Below are positions 7,902 to 20,443 of a stretch of DNA of 64,000 nt, piece by piece. This DNA is from an uncultured Desulfobacteraceae bacterium (GTDB lineage: Bacteria > Desulfobacterota > DSM-4660 > Desulfatiglandales > Desulfatiglandaceae). The stretch lies in NCBI GenBank assembly GCA_964633015.1, contig CAZWEV010000011.1, positions 6,727 through 70,726 of the forward strand. Direction: 5' to 3'. The first letter of the stretch is position 1. The number at the start of each line of letters is the position of its first letter. The notes beneath the pieces are model-generated. The model was not told the DNA's origin, did not search any database, and saw only the letters and a program-made list of their open reading frames with translations. The position numbers and the translations under genes are program-made.

Positions 7902-9883
7902 GACGGCGGCGGGAAAAAGAGCGAGAATGTCGTGCCCCCGGACCCATGGCAGTCATTCGTGGTGCTGCAAAAGATGCATTTGCTGATCCTGCCGGGACAG
8001 AGGTCTTCTTCCCCGGGGATGAACCGGCACCGGGTAGACTCCATGTGTATGGTGAAATTGAACCGTTCGGAGAAAATCTTCATGCGCAGAAGATCAGCGC
8101 CTTTCCCTCCCGCATTAAAACCAAAGGGCTTCCCCGTCCGGTAGTTCGCTGTTTGCTGGGTCGAAAAAAAGCCTTCGAAGATGCGACGTTGCGCTCCCTC
8201 AACGACACCTACTCCGTAGTCCCGCACAAGAAGGACTGTCCCCTTCCCTTTTTTACGGACAATCAGGTCGATTTTTCCTTCATCCGGGGTATTCTCTATG
8301 GCGTTTTTCAGCAGCCCGTCAACAACTTTTTGTAATATAGCGGAAGGGAGCAACACGGCCGGTGCTGCTTCCAACTGTTCCATCACGTTCACCTCCCGGT
8401 GGGAAAACAGCGGCTTGAGTTCCCCGAGGCGTTTTTTCACAAACTCGTGAAGAAAAATTTCCTCAATCTCTTCCGGCGCTTTCCCAAATACATCATCAAT
8501 CCTTTTTCGTATTCGCTGCACCAGAAGTATATTCCGGGACTCCTCCTCCACCAGAACCGAAAGTTCATCCTTGCACTCTTCCAATAACAGGGTCAGGAGA
8601 TCATATGCCCGGTAATGCCCCTCCCGCATGATGTCACTCACTTGGTACTGTATATCGACGATTCGATCCAGATTTCGCTTTATTCTTTCAATGTTTGGCT
8701 CCCACGATGTATCTGAAAGGGTTGTCAGAGTGCGTTCAAGGATCTTGAGAGAACCGCCGAGAATGGAGACCGGGGTTTTCAATTCATGTGAAAGATGATG
8801 AATCACCTTGTCTTTTGCCCGGTTCAGACTTCTCACCTCTTCATACGCACTCTTGAGTTTCTTGTTCACTCTTGCATTATCCACCGACAGGGCAACGGCA
8901 CCGGCTATGGTATTCAGGAGTTCAATATCGGTGCGGTCAAATGATCCCTTCTTCTTGTTGAGTGCACAGAGGACTCCGGTAATCCGATCGCTGCTCCTGA
9001 GTGGCACAAGGGCTAGATTCCGGGTCTTGTAGCCCAGCTTTTTGTCCCTTTCCCTGTGGAGTTCCGCATCTGTGGAAGTATCAGAGACGATAATCGGCTT
9101 CCCGGTCTTCACGACCTTCCCGGCCACCAGTTCGTCCATCCTGAAGCGGATCTCCTTTACTCTCTTCTGGGTCGCCCGGTCATCGTAGGCTGCGCCGAGT
9201 ACAAAGAGCTCCTGTTTTTCCTCGTCCAGCAAAATAACTACAGACCCCTCGGTATCGAGGTTTCGCTTAACTTCATTATCCACGTAATCCAGGAGTTCTT
9301 CCAGATCAGGATACTCGGGGAGTGCAGTACTGATACGCAGAATGGTCTCATTGATTCTCGCAATTCTTTTCTGCTCGGTAATATCCCTGAAAATCAATAG
9401 CAGGCCGGCCTGCTCATATTCCGATTCATCATAGTAGGCTATCCGCATCACCACATCAAGCATCTCTCCGCCACGAGTAATTCGCCTGGTCTCACGCCGA
9501 AGCTGCCACTTCTCTCTGATAACCTTGGCTATGTCCTTCTGTTCCTCCTGCCGCAATTCCTGCGGGACAAAGGGGATCTTCTTCCCCTCCATTTCCCTGA
9601 ACGTCCAGCCAAAGAGGCGTATGAACCCGGAATTGAGGTAACGGACTTCTTGGTCAAGACTGAAAACGGCCAGCGGATACGGAACAAAATCGAAAACCGT
9701 ATTGAGCCTTCTCCGGGTCCGTAAGAACGCTTCCTCCACCTTCTTCACTTCGGCAAGTCGCTCTTCCAGTTCCTGTACCCGGAGTTCCAGTTCTTTATAG
9801 GTGAGTTTCTTGCCCACGATCAACCTTTCGCCAAAGGATCTCTTTTCAGGGAATTTCTTCCCATTCATCAAGCAAATCCGCAA
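7877..9883 (-). CDS. PAS/GAF sensor histidine kinase
   Basis: 668 aa with an N-terminal coiled coil, PAS and GAF regions, H-box HHLSHELKTPVS and an HATPase region (DYGVGV, GGKGADL). The true start is uncertain: ATG 9883/9868 overlap the upstream gene, and GTG 9817 after GAAAGG is possible. Confidence 0.85.
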   Translation of the reverse strand: MRICLMNGKKFPEKRSFGERLIVGKKLTYKELELRVQELEERLAEVKKVEEAFLRTRRRLNTVFDFVPYPLAVFSLDQEVRYLNSGFIRLFGWTFREMEGKKIPFVPQELRQEEQKDIAKVIREKWQLRRETRRITRGGEMLDVVMRIAYYDESEYEQAGLLLIFRDITEQKRIARINETILRISTALPEYPDLEELLDYVDNEVKRNLDTEGSVVILLDEEKQELFVLGAAYDDRATQKRVKEIRFRMDELVAGKVVKTGKPIIVSDTSTDAELHRERDKKLGYKTRNLALVPLRSSDRITGVLCALNKKKGSFDRTDIELLNTIAGAVALSVDNARVNKKLKSAYEEVRSLNRAKDKVIHHLSHELKTPVSILGGSLKILERTLTTLSDTSWEPNIERIKRNLDRIVDIQYQVSDIMREGHYRAYDLLTLLLEECKDELSVLVEEESRNILLVQRIRKRIDDVFGKAPEEIEEIFLHEFVKKRLGELKPLFSHREVNVMEQLEAAPAVLLPSAILQKVVDGLLKNAIENTPDEGKIDLIVRKKGKGTVLLVRDYGVGVVEGAQRRIFEGFFSTQQTANYRTGKPFGFNAGGKGADLLRMKIFSERFNFTIHMESTRCRFIPGEEDLCPGRISKCIFCSTTNDCHGSGGTTFSLFFPPPSVNPKSTV

Positions 9884-10577
9884 ATCTTTTTAGAATACTT
9901 GAACTTTCCGGAGTCTCGGTGCATCTCATCATTATTGTATCGGGATCCCCTTTTTCCATGACGAGTTTATCCCGGCTGTATTGAACATACGCGCGCATGA
10001 TGTCCGCATCGAATTCAGGATGAAACTGGAGGCCCCAGACCCTGCCTCCAAACACGAATGCCTGATTTGCGTCCAGAGCACTATATGCAAGTCTGGTTGC
10101 TCCGGACGGAAGCGTCAACACCGTCTGAGAATGGCTTACCTGTGCCTTCAAAGTACCGTCAAAAGTTCCCAGGAGCCTGTCTCCTGCAGATGCTTCCGTT
10201 CTATACACGTCCACGGTCCCGGCTTCCCTTCCATTGGGATTGTCCCCAACCCTCCCTCCGAGTGCGTAGGCAAGCAACTGGTGTCCGTAACAGATGCCGA
10301 GAATCGGCAGCTTCTTGGCAAAGGCGCCCTGCAGCCATGCTGCAGTGCTTTCATTCCATGCATGATGGTCTGTCACCATTGCATGGGAACCCGTGATCAC
10401 AACAGCATCCACCTCTTCCGGTTTCGGCAGCGGTTCCTCTCTTTGCACATCCACCACCACTGCAGGTTGTTCTGGCATGTGCATCCCTGAAAGGATCCAT
10501 TGCTCAAAATCCCCGCGACGGGCGCGAAGCGAGGGGAAGGTGGATCCTGTTTTGATAATGAGCATTTTTTTCATCAT
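9846..10577 (-). CDS. class I glutamine amidotransferase (GuaA-N-like, stand-alone)
   Basis: LGICYGHQLLA (nucleophile Cys) and LQFHPEF (His/Glu of the triad); 243 aa. Confidence 0.8.
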   Translation of the reverse strand: MMKKMLIIKTGSTFPSLRARRGDFEQWILSGMHMPEQPAVVVDVQREEPLPKPEEVDAVVITGSHAMVTDHHAWNESTAAWLQGAFAKKLPILGICYGHQLLAYALGGRVGDNPNGREAGTVDVYRTEASAGDRLLGTFDGTLKAQVSHSQTVLTLPSGATRLAYSALDANQAFVFGGRVWGLQFHPEFDADIMRAYVQYSRDKLVMEKGDPDTIMMRCTETPESSSILKRFADLLDEWEEIP

Positions 10578-11309
10578 TCAGAGGCCGATCAACTGGATTT
10601 CTCCCCATGAAGCCATGGTTCCTCCCAGGATGGCAACCCCGCCGAAAATACCGGGGATATTTCCCGCAGCGGAAGCTGCGGCTTCAAGGTTCTTCCTTTC
10701 CAGAATAGTATTCGCCAGGGCGGTAGCAGCACCGTCGGCAAGCGCACCCGATGCGGCCAGGATGCTCACTGCGTGCGACACACCCATGCTCAGGGAATGC
10801 CCGATCCTCCCCGACGAAGTGCATACTCCGACAGGCATCTGTTCTGTAGCGATACGCAGACCGATGCGCTCGCTCAAGGGGGAATCACCGGCGAAAATAG
10901 ATACCGTAAGAGGTCTTTCGGCTTTCAGGTAAAGGTCTCCTCCGTTCTCGACTATGACCTCGTTGGTATATTCCAGCAGTCCTCTGCCGACGTACTGGGC
11001 GATTGCCCCTGCTACTGCGGCCATGGGCCCGACCCCGGCCACTGCGGTGCTTTCAATCATTTCCTTCACAAGAGGGGGAGCATAGGGATCCGGCGGAAGC
11101 GGCCGAAGGCTTGTCTTAAACATTGGATGGGTTTTCAAATAGCTCTCGATTTCATGGCGGCACTGAAAAACCAGGTCCCGCGCTTCCTGCTCCAGGGCCG
11201 CACCCGCGCTTATCCACAGATCGGTTTCCTTTACACGCACACAGAACGACTGAAGCCCTCGCGCGTGAACCCTGTTGCGGTATGTGCGCTTTTCATAAAC
11301 ATCTTCCAT
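10578..11309 (-). CDS. UPF0280 family protein (ApbE-like superfamily)
   Basis: KETDLWI...AGVGPMAAVAGAIAQYVG...VIVENGGDLY resembles UPF0280 proteins as I recall them. Directly abuts the amidotransferase gene. Confidence 0.65.
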   Translation of the reverse strand: MEDVYEKRTYRNRVHARGLQSFCVRVKETDLWISAGAALEQEARDLVFQCRHEIESYLKTHPMFKTSLRPLPPDPYAPPLVKEMIESTAVAGVGPMAAVAGAIAQYVGRGLLEYTNEVIVENGGDLYLKAERPLTVSIFAGDSPLSERIGLRIATEQMPVGVCTSSGRIGHSLSMGVSHAVSILAASGALADGAATALANTILERKNLEAAASAAGNIPGIFGGVAILGGTMASWGEIQLIGL

Positions 11310-11428
11310 GGGCCTCTTGTTTCAACTCCGTATGAACCTCCCCCTGCAGAACGGAAGGCGCCATAAGCAGAGGAACGGGTTTTGTTTGCTCCCCAAGCGT
11401 GACACTCCTCTGCACCCGGACGTTCCTG

Positions 11429-12985
11429 CTATTCCCATTCGATTGTGCTTGGCGGCTTTGAGGAAATATCATACACAACCCTGTTAACCCCTTTGACGCT
11501 GTTGATGATCCGGTTTGAAATCCTGGCCATGACTTCATACGGTATCCGCGACCAATCTGCCGTCATGGCATCCAGACTGTCCACGGTCCTGACGGCAACC
11601 ACATGTTCATAGGTCCGTTCATCACCCATGACACCGACCGTCCTGATAGGCAAAAGGACCGCAAAGGATTGCCAGACCTTCTCATAGAGATCTGCTTTTC
11701 GGATCTCTTCCTGAACAATGAGATCCGCAGAGCGCAGTATTTCAAGCCGGTCTCTCGTGATTTCTCCGAGGATCCTCACCGCAAGACCGGGACCTGGAAA
11801 GGGCTGTCTCATCACCAGCTCCCTTGGAAGCCCTAATTCGACCCCAGCTTCCCGAACTTCATCCTTAAACAGTTCGCGCAGGGGTTCTATCAACGCCAGT
11901 TTCATGGTTTCCGGAAGCCCGCCCACGTTATGGTGGCTCTTTATGGTGGCAGACGGTCCCTTGAAAGACACACTTTCTATCACGTCGGGATAGAGGGTGC
12001 CCTGGGCCAGATATTTTACCTTCCCCAGTTCCTTTGCCTTTTCCTCAAAGACCGTTATGAATTCATGCCCGATAATCTTTCTTTTCTCTTCCGGATCAAC
12101 AACCCCCCGGAGCCTATTCAAAAAATGTTCCGAGGCATCCACCAGGTGAAAATCCATGCCGTACTGCCCCTTGAAGAGGTCGGAAACCTCCTGGGATTCA
12201 CCCCTCCGCAGGAGGCCGTTATCCACAAATATGCATGAAAGCTTCTCGCCTATTGCCTTGTGCAGCATCATTGCCGTTACCGAGGAATCGACTCCCCCCG
12301 AAAGCCCGCAGATCACACGGTCGGTACCCACGGTTTCCCGGAGGCTTTTTACGGTGCGCTGGACAAATGATGACATGGTCCACGACGGCTCGCATCCGCA
12401 CACGCGAAAGAGGAAGTTTCTCACGATTCTTGTTCCGCTCGGCGTATGGACGACCTCCGGATGAAACTGTACACCAAATACTCTTCTGGCTTTGTCCGCC
12501 ATGGCGGCTGTGGGACTGTTCCTGCTGGAAGCCAGGACCTCGAAACCCGCCGGCATTTTTTCGATGCGGTCGCCGTGGCTCATCCACACGGATTCCTCAC
12601 CTTCAGTTCCCACCCCGTGGAAAATATCTCGGTGATCGAGTATCCGGATCTGCGCATGACCGTATTCCCGGTCGACGGCCTTTGCTACAAGTCCGTGCAG
12701 CACATGGGTCAGGAACTGCATTCCGTAGCAGATCCCCAGTACCGGAATATCCAGTTCCAGGACGCCCCTTTCTGCCAGCGGGGCATCCGCATCAAAAATA
12801 CTCGCAGGCCCCCCGGAGAGGATGATCCCTTTCGGCTCAAACGCCCTGATCTTCTCCATCTCCATATGAAATGGGTGGATTTCGCAGTAGACCCGTGCCT
12901 CACGCACTCTCCTGGCGATAAGCTGGGTATACTGGGAGCCGAAGTCCAGGATCAATATCTTTTGCCTGTACAGTTGACTCGTCAC
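11429..12985 (-). CDS. guaA: GMP synthase (glutamine-hydrolysing)
   Basis: 518 aa with [20 protein letters not shown], the [10 protein letters not shown]-loop and the C-terminal PPSTIEWE. Confidence 0.96.
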   Translation of the reverse strand: MTSQLYRQKILILDFGSQYTQLIARRVREARVYCEIHPFHMEMEKIRAFEPKGIILSGGPASIFDADAPLAERGVLELDIPVLGICYGMQFLTHVLHGLVAKAVDREYGHAQIRILDHRDIFHGVGTEGEESVWMSHGDRIEKMPAGFEVLASSRNSPTAAMADKARRVFGVQFHPEVVHTPSGTRIVRNFLFRVCGCEPSWTMSSFVQRTVKSLRETVGTDRVICGLSGGVDSSVTAMMLHKAIGEKLSCIFVDNGLLRRGESQEVSDLFKGQYGMDFHLVDASEHFLNRLRGVVDPEEKRKIIGHEFITVFEEKAKELGKVKYLAQGTLYPDVIESVSFKGPSATIKSHHNVGGLPETMKLALIEPLRELFKDEVREAGVELGLPRELVMRQPFPGPGLAVRILGEITRDRLEILRSADLIVQEEIRKADLYEKVWQSFAVLLPIRTVGVMGDERTYEHVVAVRTVDSLDAMTADWSRIPYEVMARISNRIINSVKGVNRVVYDISSKPPSTIEWE

Positions 12986-13019
12986 GACTCTTCCTTTCCT
13001 GTGCTCCGCCGGGCTTTCC

Positions 13020-15471
<2,452 letters not shown>

Positions 15472-15571
15472 TTCCCCTCCCGGTCATCCGTGAACCTCAT
15501 GGAATCCTTTCTCCCTCTCCTCCGTCGCCAGCCGGAATAGACCCTGCTTTTCCGATTTTCCGTGTCACACC

Positions 15572-16858
15572 TCACATGAGTCTCGATGCCGCAAACAGCA
15601 ATGATGCACTGACCATGACGACCGCCACCGGGATGATGAGATAGCGATAGCTGTGAAGCAGGCTCGCCTTGAAATAATCCTTCGTCACCAGGAAACAAAG
15701 GTGAACCGGAGAGAGCATCATGCCCATGTAGCCAAAACTGTATGCCAGTGCGGCCCAGGAAAGATAGGTAAACAGATCCGTCGTATGAAACATGGGGATA
15801 ATCAAAGGGAAGGAGGTTCCCACAAAACCTATGGCAATGCCTGTTATCAGGCCCGAGAGAAACGGCATGAGCAGGATAACAAGAATAATCGGCACATGAT
15901 ACGCCATTAGTTCATCACGGATCTGGATAACCGCACCACTGTCACTCATCACCCCTTTGAAAATCATGATTGAAACAACAAGGAAAATCATGGGGAGAAA
16001 ACCCTTATCCGAGACCGCATGAAACACCTTTTTCAGGTTGACATGATTCACCACACATACCCATATGGTCGCCGCCACAAGCCCCGGGAGAATGGAAACA
16101 GCCCCCGGGATATTGATGTTCACCCCGCCCATCATCAGGAGATCGGAAATACCCCCCAGTATTATGATGACACCGACGACAACAAGGATAGGCATAATCT
16201 CCCACAGGAATTTTCCCATATTCCCCCAGTAAAAAGTCCCCGCATCCTTCCCCGGTGTCTGCCCAAAAGGTCTCAAAATAAAAAATATCCCTGCAAGAAC
16301 AGTCACAACGGTCATAGGCACCATGATGGCCATGAAACGCCATGCATCGACCTTGAGTAATGCGACGGCAAGAACCATTCCCGGATAAAGCGGCCACCAG
16401 TATTCCCAGATATGACGGAACCAGTAGTTTACAACGGTCTTCACTTCCCCTGACATCTCATTCCTGCAGAGTGCGGCATCCACCATGGGAGCTGAAAAGA
16501 GAGCGCCTCCCGGCATGGGCAGCAGACCTATCAGCGCGGGCATAACCGCACCCGCGACGCGCGGGTCACTTGACAGGGTGCCGAAGCTTTCCATAATCCG
16601 ATCCAGGTGCCCGGCATCCTTCATGAGTCGGCTCATAATAAGTATGATCCCCACGATCAGGATCAGAGTGATAGTCTGGATATCTGCAAGACTCGTGAGG
16701 GCGCTTTGCAGCAATTTCGTCGGTCCGAGCCTCATCCAGAAACCCAGGATCAGGGAGCCTGTGAAAAGGGCGATGCTCAATCCTATCTTCAAACGGCTGA
16801 GGAGAAGGACCAGCCCGAAGACCGAAAGAACCTTTACAATTGTTGGAATTGCAATCAT
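15572..16858 (-). CDS. polytopic inner-membrane protein, DUF401/transporter-like
   Basis: 428 aa, hydrophobic throughout with 10 or more predicted helices by eye. The family name is from memory only. Confidence 0.7.
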   Translation of the reverse strand: MIAIPTIVKVLSVFGLVLLLSRLKIGLSIALFTGSLILGFWMRLGPTKLLQSALTSLADIQTITLILIVGIILIMSRLMKDAGHLDRIMESFGTLSSDPRVAGAVMPALIGLLPMPGGALFSAPMVDAALCRNEMSGEVKTVVNYWFRHIWEYWWPLYPGMVLAVALLKVDAWRFMAIMVPMTVVTVLAGIFFILRPFGQTPGKDAGTFYWGNMGKFLWEIMPILVVVGVIIILGGISDLLMMGGVNINIPGAVSILPGLVAATIWVCVVNHVNLKKVFHAVSDKGFLPMIFLVVSIMIFKGVMSDSGAVIQIRDELMAYHVPIILVILLMPFLSGLITGIAIGFVGTSFPLIIPMFHTTDLFTYLSWAALAYSFGYMGMMLSPVHLCFLVTKDYFKASLLHSYRYLIIPVAVVMVSASLLFAASRLM

Positions 16859-16873
16859 GCATTAATTCTCCTA

Positions 16874-18484
16874 TTAAGAGACTCCTGCATCCGGCTTTTT
16901 CCTGGCAATGGGCCGGAACATGCTGGCAAGTGACTGCAATTCCTCTGCACCCATGATCCAGGCACACATGAGATACATTCCCATCCCCAGAGAAATCAGT
17001 GCTGCCAGGCAGAAAATATTCCACAGGAGCCCTGATCGGGGGTCAAAAACAAGCCACCATTTCTTTGCACAATACAAAACCAAGACCATGACCAGAGAGG
17101 CGAGAGCACTCCTAGCGACGGATACGAAAACGGGTCTGAAATTCAGCCCCCTGTTGCGGCGAAGGAGTAGAAGGGCAAGAAGCAAGAATTGCACGGCGGA
17201 AGCCACAGAGAGGGCTAGGGCAAGCCCTCCATGCCGCAAAGGACCCATGAGAATCAGGCTCAGGGCAATGTTCACCACCAGGGCAACGATGGCCACCTTG
17301 ACCGGTGTCTTTGTATCCTGGAAGGCGTAGAAAGCGGATACAAGGATCCGTATTCCGGAAAACGCCCACAGGCCCAGGGTATAGTAAAACAGGGCCTGGT
17401 GGGTCATGATCGCGGAATGTGCGCTGAACGCCCCTCTTTGGAAGAGAATTGAAATGATCGGTCCGCCAAGGCTAATAAGTCCCAGAGTTGCCGGGATGGT
17501 GACGAAAAATACAAGTCGTAAGGCATGAGAAAGAGTTCTATTGAACTCATCCAGATCTTTTTCAGCAGCGTGCCCCGAAAGTGACGGAAGGACTGCCGTG
17601 CTGATCGCTATGGCGAATACGCCCAGAGGAAACTGAACCACCCTGTCTGCGTAGTAGAGCCATGATATACTTCCTTCAGGCAAGAAGGAAGCGAGCAGGG
17701 TCCCCATGAACTGGTTGAACTGGTACACCGCCGAGCCAAAAACCGCAGGAAGCATCAGGCTGCCGATACGTCTTATGGCGGGGTGACCAGGCATCCACAG
17801 GGGAAGCAGGCGCATGCCTGATTTCATAATCCACGGGATCTGCAGTGCCACCTGCAGCATTCCGCCGATAAAGACTCCCAAGGCCACGCCGACAATGGGT
17901 TCCGAAAGATAGGGGGAAAGAAGAAAAGCACCGCCGATAATGCCCGCATTAAGGAGAATCGGGGCTGCGGCAGGCGCTGCAAAGTGCCGGAGGGAATTGA
18001 GTATTCCCATGAAAAAGGCGACCAGACTGATAAAGAAGATGTAGGGAAAAGTTATACGTGTGAGCAGGACCGTCAGGTCATATTTCATTCCGCTCCCGCC
18101 GAATCCGAAGGCCTGAATTCTGACGATCCACGGGGAAAAAAGAACACCAAGCAGGGTAATGACGGTAAGGGCCAGGGAAAGGAGCGTCAACGCGGCCCGG
18201 GCCATTTCAAAGGCGTCATTCTTTCCCTTCTTCGTCAGGTATTCGGTAAAAACGGGGATGAAAGCAATGGTGAGAGAGCCTTCGGCAAAGAGACGCCGCA
18301 ACAGGTTCGGGATTCGGAATGCCACGAAGAATGCATCCGCGGTCAGGCCGGAGCCGAAAAGGCCGGCGATGACCATGTCGCGTATGAGGCCGAGCACTCG
18401 GCTCAAAAAAGTAAAGAGGCTCACCACACCGGCGGCCCGGTTCACTTTTTCCCCTTCAGATCTGAGATTTTTCGAACTCGTCAC
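16874..18484 (-). CDS. murJ: lipid II flippase MurJ (MviN)
   Basis: SRVLGLIRDMVIAGLFGSGLTADAFFVAFRIPNLLRRLFAEGSL is the MurJ N-terminal signature. 536 aa, GTG start. Confidence 0.9.
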   Translation of the reverse strand: MTSSKNLRSEGEKVNRAAGVVSLFTFLSRVLGLIRDMVIAGLFGSGLTADAFFVAFRIPNLLRRLFAEGSLTIAFIPVFTEYLTKKGKNDAFEMARAALTLLSLALTVITLLGVLFSPWIVRIQAFGFGGSGMKYDLTVLLTRITFPYIFFISLVAFFMGILNSLRHFAAPAAAPILLNAGIIGGAFLLSPYLSEPIVGVALGVFIGGMLQVALQIPWIMKSGMRLLPLWMPGHPAIRRIGSLMLPAVFGSAVYQFNQFMGTLLASFLPEGSISWLYYADRVVQFPLGVFAIAISTAVLPSLSGHAAEKDLDEFNRTLSHALRLVFFVTIPATLGLISLGGPIISILFQRGAFSAHSAIMTHQALFYYTLGLWAFSGIRILVSAFYAFQDTKTPVKVAIVALVVNIALSLILMGPLRHGGLALALSVASAVQFLLLALLLLRRNRGLNFRPVFVSVARSALASLVMVLVLYCAKKWWLVFDPRSGLLWNIFCLAALISLGMGMYLMCAWIMGAEELQSLASMFRPIARKKPDAGVS

Positions 18485-18552
18485 AAAAATCCTTGACAGA
18501 ATTAATACTACTAAAATAAACTATTATATTAAATTTTTCCGGAGGTTCTGAA

Positions 18553-18822
18553 TTGGCAAACCATAAATCAGCTCTTAAAAGGGCCAGACAGAGTGAAATA
18601 AGAAGGCTCAGGAACAAGGGCTATAAAACAAGGGTTAAGAACATCATCAAAGAGGTCCAAAAAGCCGCGGACGAGCATTCGCCCGAAGAAGCCCGGACCG
18701 CCTTTACCAATGCTGTTTCCACTATCCAGAAGACAGCATCCAAAGGGGTCATTCACAGGAATACTGCCGCCCGCAAGATTTCCCGCCTGGCGCGCCGGGT
18801 CAACCAGCTTGAAATTTCCTGA
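18553..18822 (+). CDS. rpsT: 30S ribosomal protein S20
   Basis: ANHKSALKRARQSEIRRLRNKGYKTRVKN. TTG start 8 nt after GGAGG. Confidence 0.95.
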   Translation: MANHKSALKRARQSEIRRLRNKGYKTRVKNIIKEVQKAADEHSPEEARTAFTNAVSTIQKTASKGVIHRNTAARKISRLARRVNQLEIS

Positions 18823-18830
18823 ATGGTTTC

Positions 18831-19832
18831 TTAACCGCATAGTGATAGCACGATATTTTCAAGGACTGTCCGCTCGGATGAACCGCTCTTGAGGAGCCGA
18901 TCCGAGCGGTGCAGGAGATGCACGGCTTCTTCAATCTCCGCAAATTTCCAGCTTCTTGACTGCTGCGCAATCTTGTTTCCCAGAAATCCTGGAATGCCCA
19001 CCTTTTTTGGCAAGTCCTTCACCTGTCCACCCTCTTCCAGGACTTTTTTTGTGTGAGAGATCAGCCGGATCTGCCTGTTCAGCATGCCGAGTACCTTCAA
19101 TGCACCACTCTTGTCTTCTTCTTCCAGAAAGCGGTTCAAAACCCTGAGCGATGATTCAGCCCGCCGGGATGAGATTTCGTCCATCAGTTCAAACACTGTG
19201 TATGCCCGGCTGAAAATAGCGAGCTCTTTCACCTCTTCCCTGCCAACCCGTCCCTTGCCGTGTCGCAGGGAAAGCTTTTCCAGCTCAGAATAGAGGTCCT
19301 GCAGTCGATTCCCCACCATTTGGAAAAGATAGGCACAGGCTTCCCCATCCATATCAATGCCCAGTTCCTTTGCAGTGCGCCGCAGCCAGGGGACAATCTC
19401 CCTGTCGCGGAGCCTGTCAAAGACAACGCTCCACCCTTCTTCTCTCATCCGCTTGTAAAATCTGTTCTTGAAATTGGTCTTTCCTGACACGAAAATCAGG
19501 CAGGTGGTCGGGACGGGTCTTTCAAGGTACGAAAGAAATGGTTCGAGGGCCGAGGGAGAAAACTTGTCGGTTCGTCTGACGATTATGAGCCGGTGAGGAG
19601 ACATAAAAGGCAGCGATCGGGCAGCATCAATAATGGTCGAAGTCGGGCTTTCACCGCCGTAAAGCAGCTGGATGTTCAGATCCCTGGCCGCTTCCGGTAC
19701 AAAGGTGTTTTGAATCTTCGTCAGGAGTTTTTCCAGCCTGAAATGGCTTTCACCATGAAAGAGATACACAGGGGAAAGCGTTCCATTCTGTAACTGCCGC
19801 AAAACGGCTTCCGGCTGAATATCCCGTGCCAT
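18831..19832 (-). CDS. holA: DNA polymerase III delta subunit
   Basis: 333 aa with PVYLFHGES near the N-terminus. Sits in the conserved leuS-lptE-holA order. Confidence 0.85.
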   Translation of the reverse strand: MARDIQPEAVLRQLQNGTLSPVYLFHGESHFRLEKLLTKIQNTFVPEAARDLNIQLLYGGESPTSTIIDAARSLPFMSPHRLIIVRRTDKFSPSALEPFLSYLERPVPTTCLIFVSGKTNFKNRFYKRMREEGWSVVFDRLRDREIVPWLRRTAKELGIDMDGEACAYLFQMVGNRLQDLYSELEKLSLRHGKGRVGREEVKELAIFSRAYTVFELMDEISSRRAESSLRVLNRFLEEEDKSGALKVLGMLNRQIRLISHTKKVLEEGGQVKDLPKKVGIPGFLGNKIAQQSRSWKFAEIEEAVHLLHRSDRLLKSGSSERTVLENIVLSLCG

Positions 19833-20401
19833 CAGAACCTTTCCATGGTCTGTGCATATATTTTTTTGGCCAGATTTCGAGCTACCTGCCCTACGGCCAG
19901 TCTTCGATAGTACCGCGTTTGAAGGGGATCCGTGGTTACCTGATAGTAAGCCTTATCTTCCATGCCCTTTTGTTCCCAGAGAATACGTCCGGATGCGCGA
20001 TCCACGAGTCGGGCATCCATTTTCACCCACAGCCATCTCCTGCTGGTGGTCTCATATTGAACAGTCCGGCCCTGGACGTTGCGCTCATCCGCAGTATAGG
20101 TAAAGGGATTGCTTCCGATGCGGGTTATCCGAATCTCCAAAACCCCGTCTGCGCCCTCCTTTGAAACCACGGGCAGACCGGAATAATCAATGAACTCTTC
20201 CCGGATATTCCGAGTGAACTCGGTTTCAAATCCCAAGGTCGAGGAGGGACTTTTCACCATGGGTATCGCAATGCTCGTTATTTCCAGGCCGTGTGGCTTT
20301 CCTATCTGCTGGAAACGGTAGGCGCACGAACCTGCACCCAAGGCAAAAAACACCAGGAAAAGGATAAAGCGCGTACAGGAACTTTTTGATCTCGACGTCA
20401 T
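19832..20401 (-). CDS. lptE: LPS-assembly lipoprotein LptE
   Basis: Lipobox ALGAGSC; 189 aa. Positioned between leuS and holA, with a 1-nt overlap with holA. Confidence 0.7.
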   Translation of the reverse strand: MTSRSKSSCTRFILFLVFFALGAGSCAYRFQQIGKPHGLEITSIAIPMVKSPSSTLGFETEFTRNIREEFIDYSGLPVVSKEGADGVLEIRITRIGSNPFTYTADERNVQGRTVQYETTSRRWLWVKMDARLVDRASGRILWEQKGMEDKAYYQVTTDPLQTRYYRRLAVGQVARNLAKKIYAQTMERF

Positions 20402-20443
20402 TATGTATCCCTTTTTGCTGAATTTGCGGGAAGCCGTTCTTTT

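Noticed and set aside
7691-8335. A 214-aa plus-strand ORF whose N-terminus (PPCDVLVIRLSRRSSRTQHGIYDAA...) recurs in the minus-strand ORF 40659..41039, suggesting a duplicated small protein gene inside the repeat.
   Set aside because: The shared peptide is a by-product of about 91% nucleotide identity without indels. Of the 16 substitutions across 58 aligned codons, 3 codons change synonymously and 9 change the amino acid. The third copy (49632-49851) is frameshifted into a stop. The start is TTG without an RBS, and most of the ORF is antisense to a well-supported histidine kinase.
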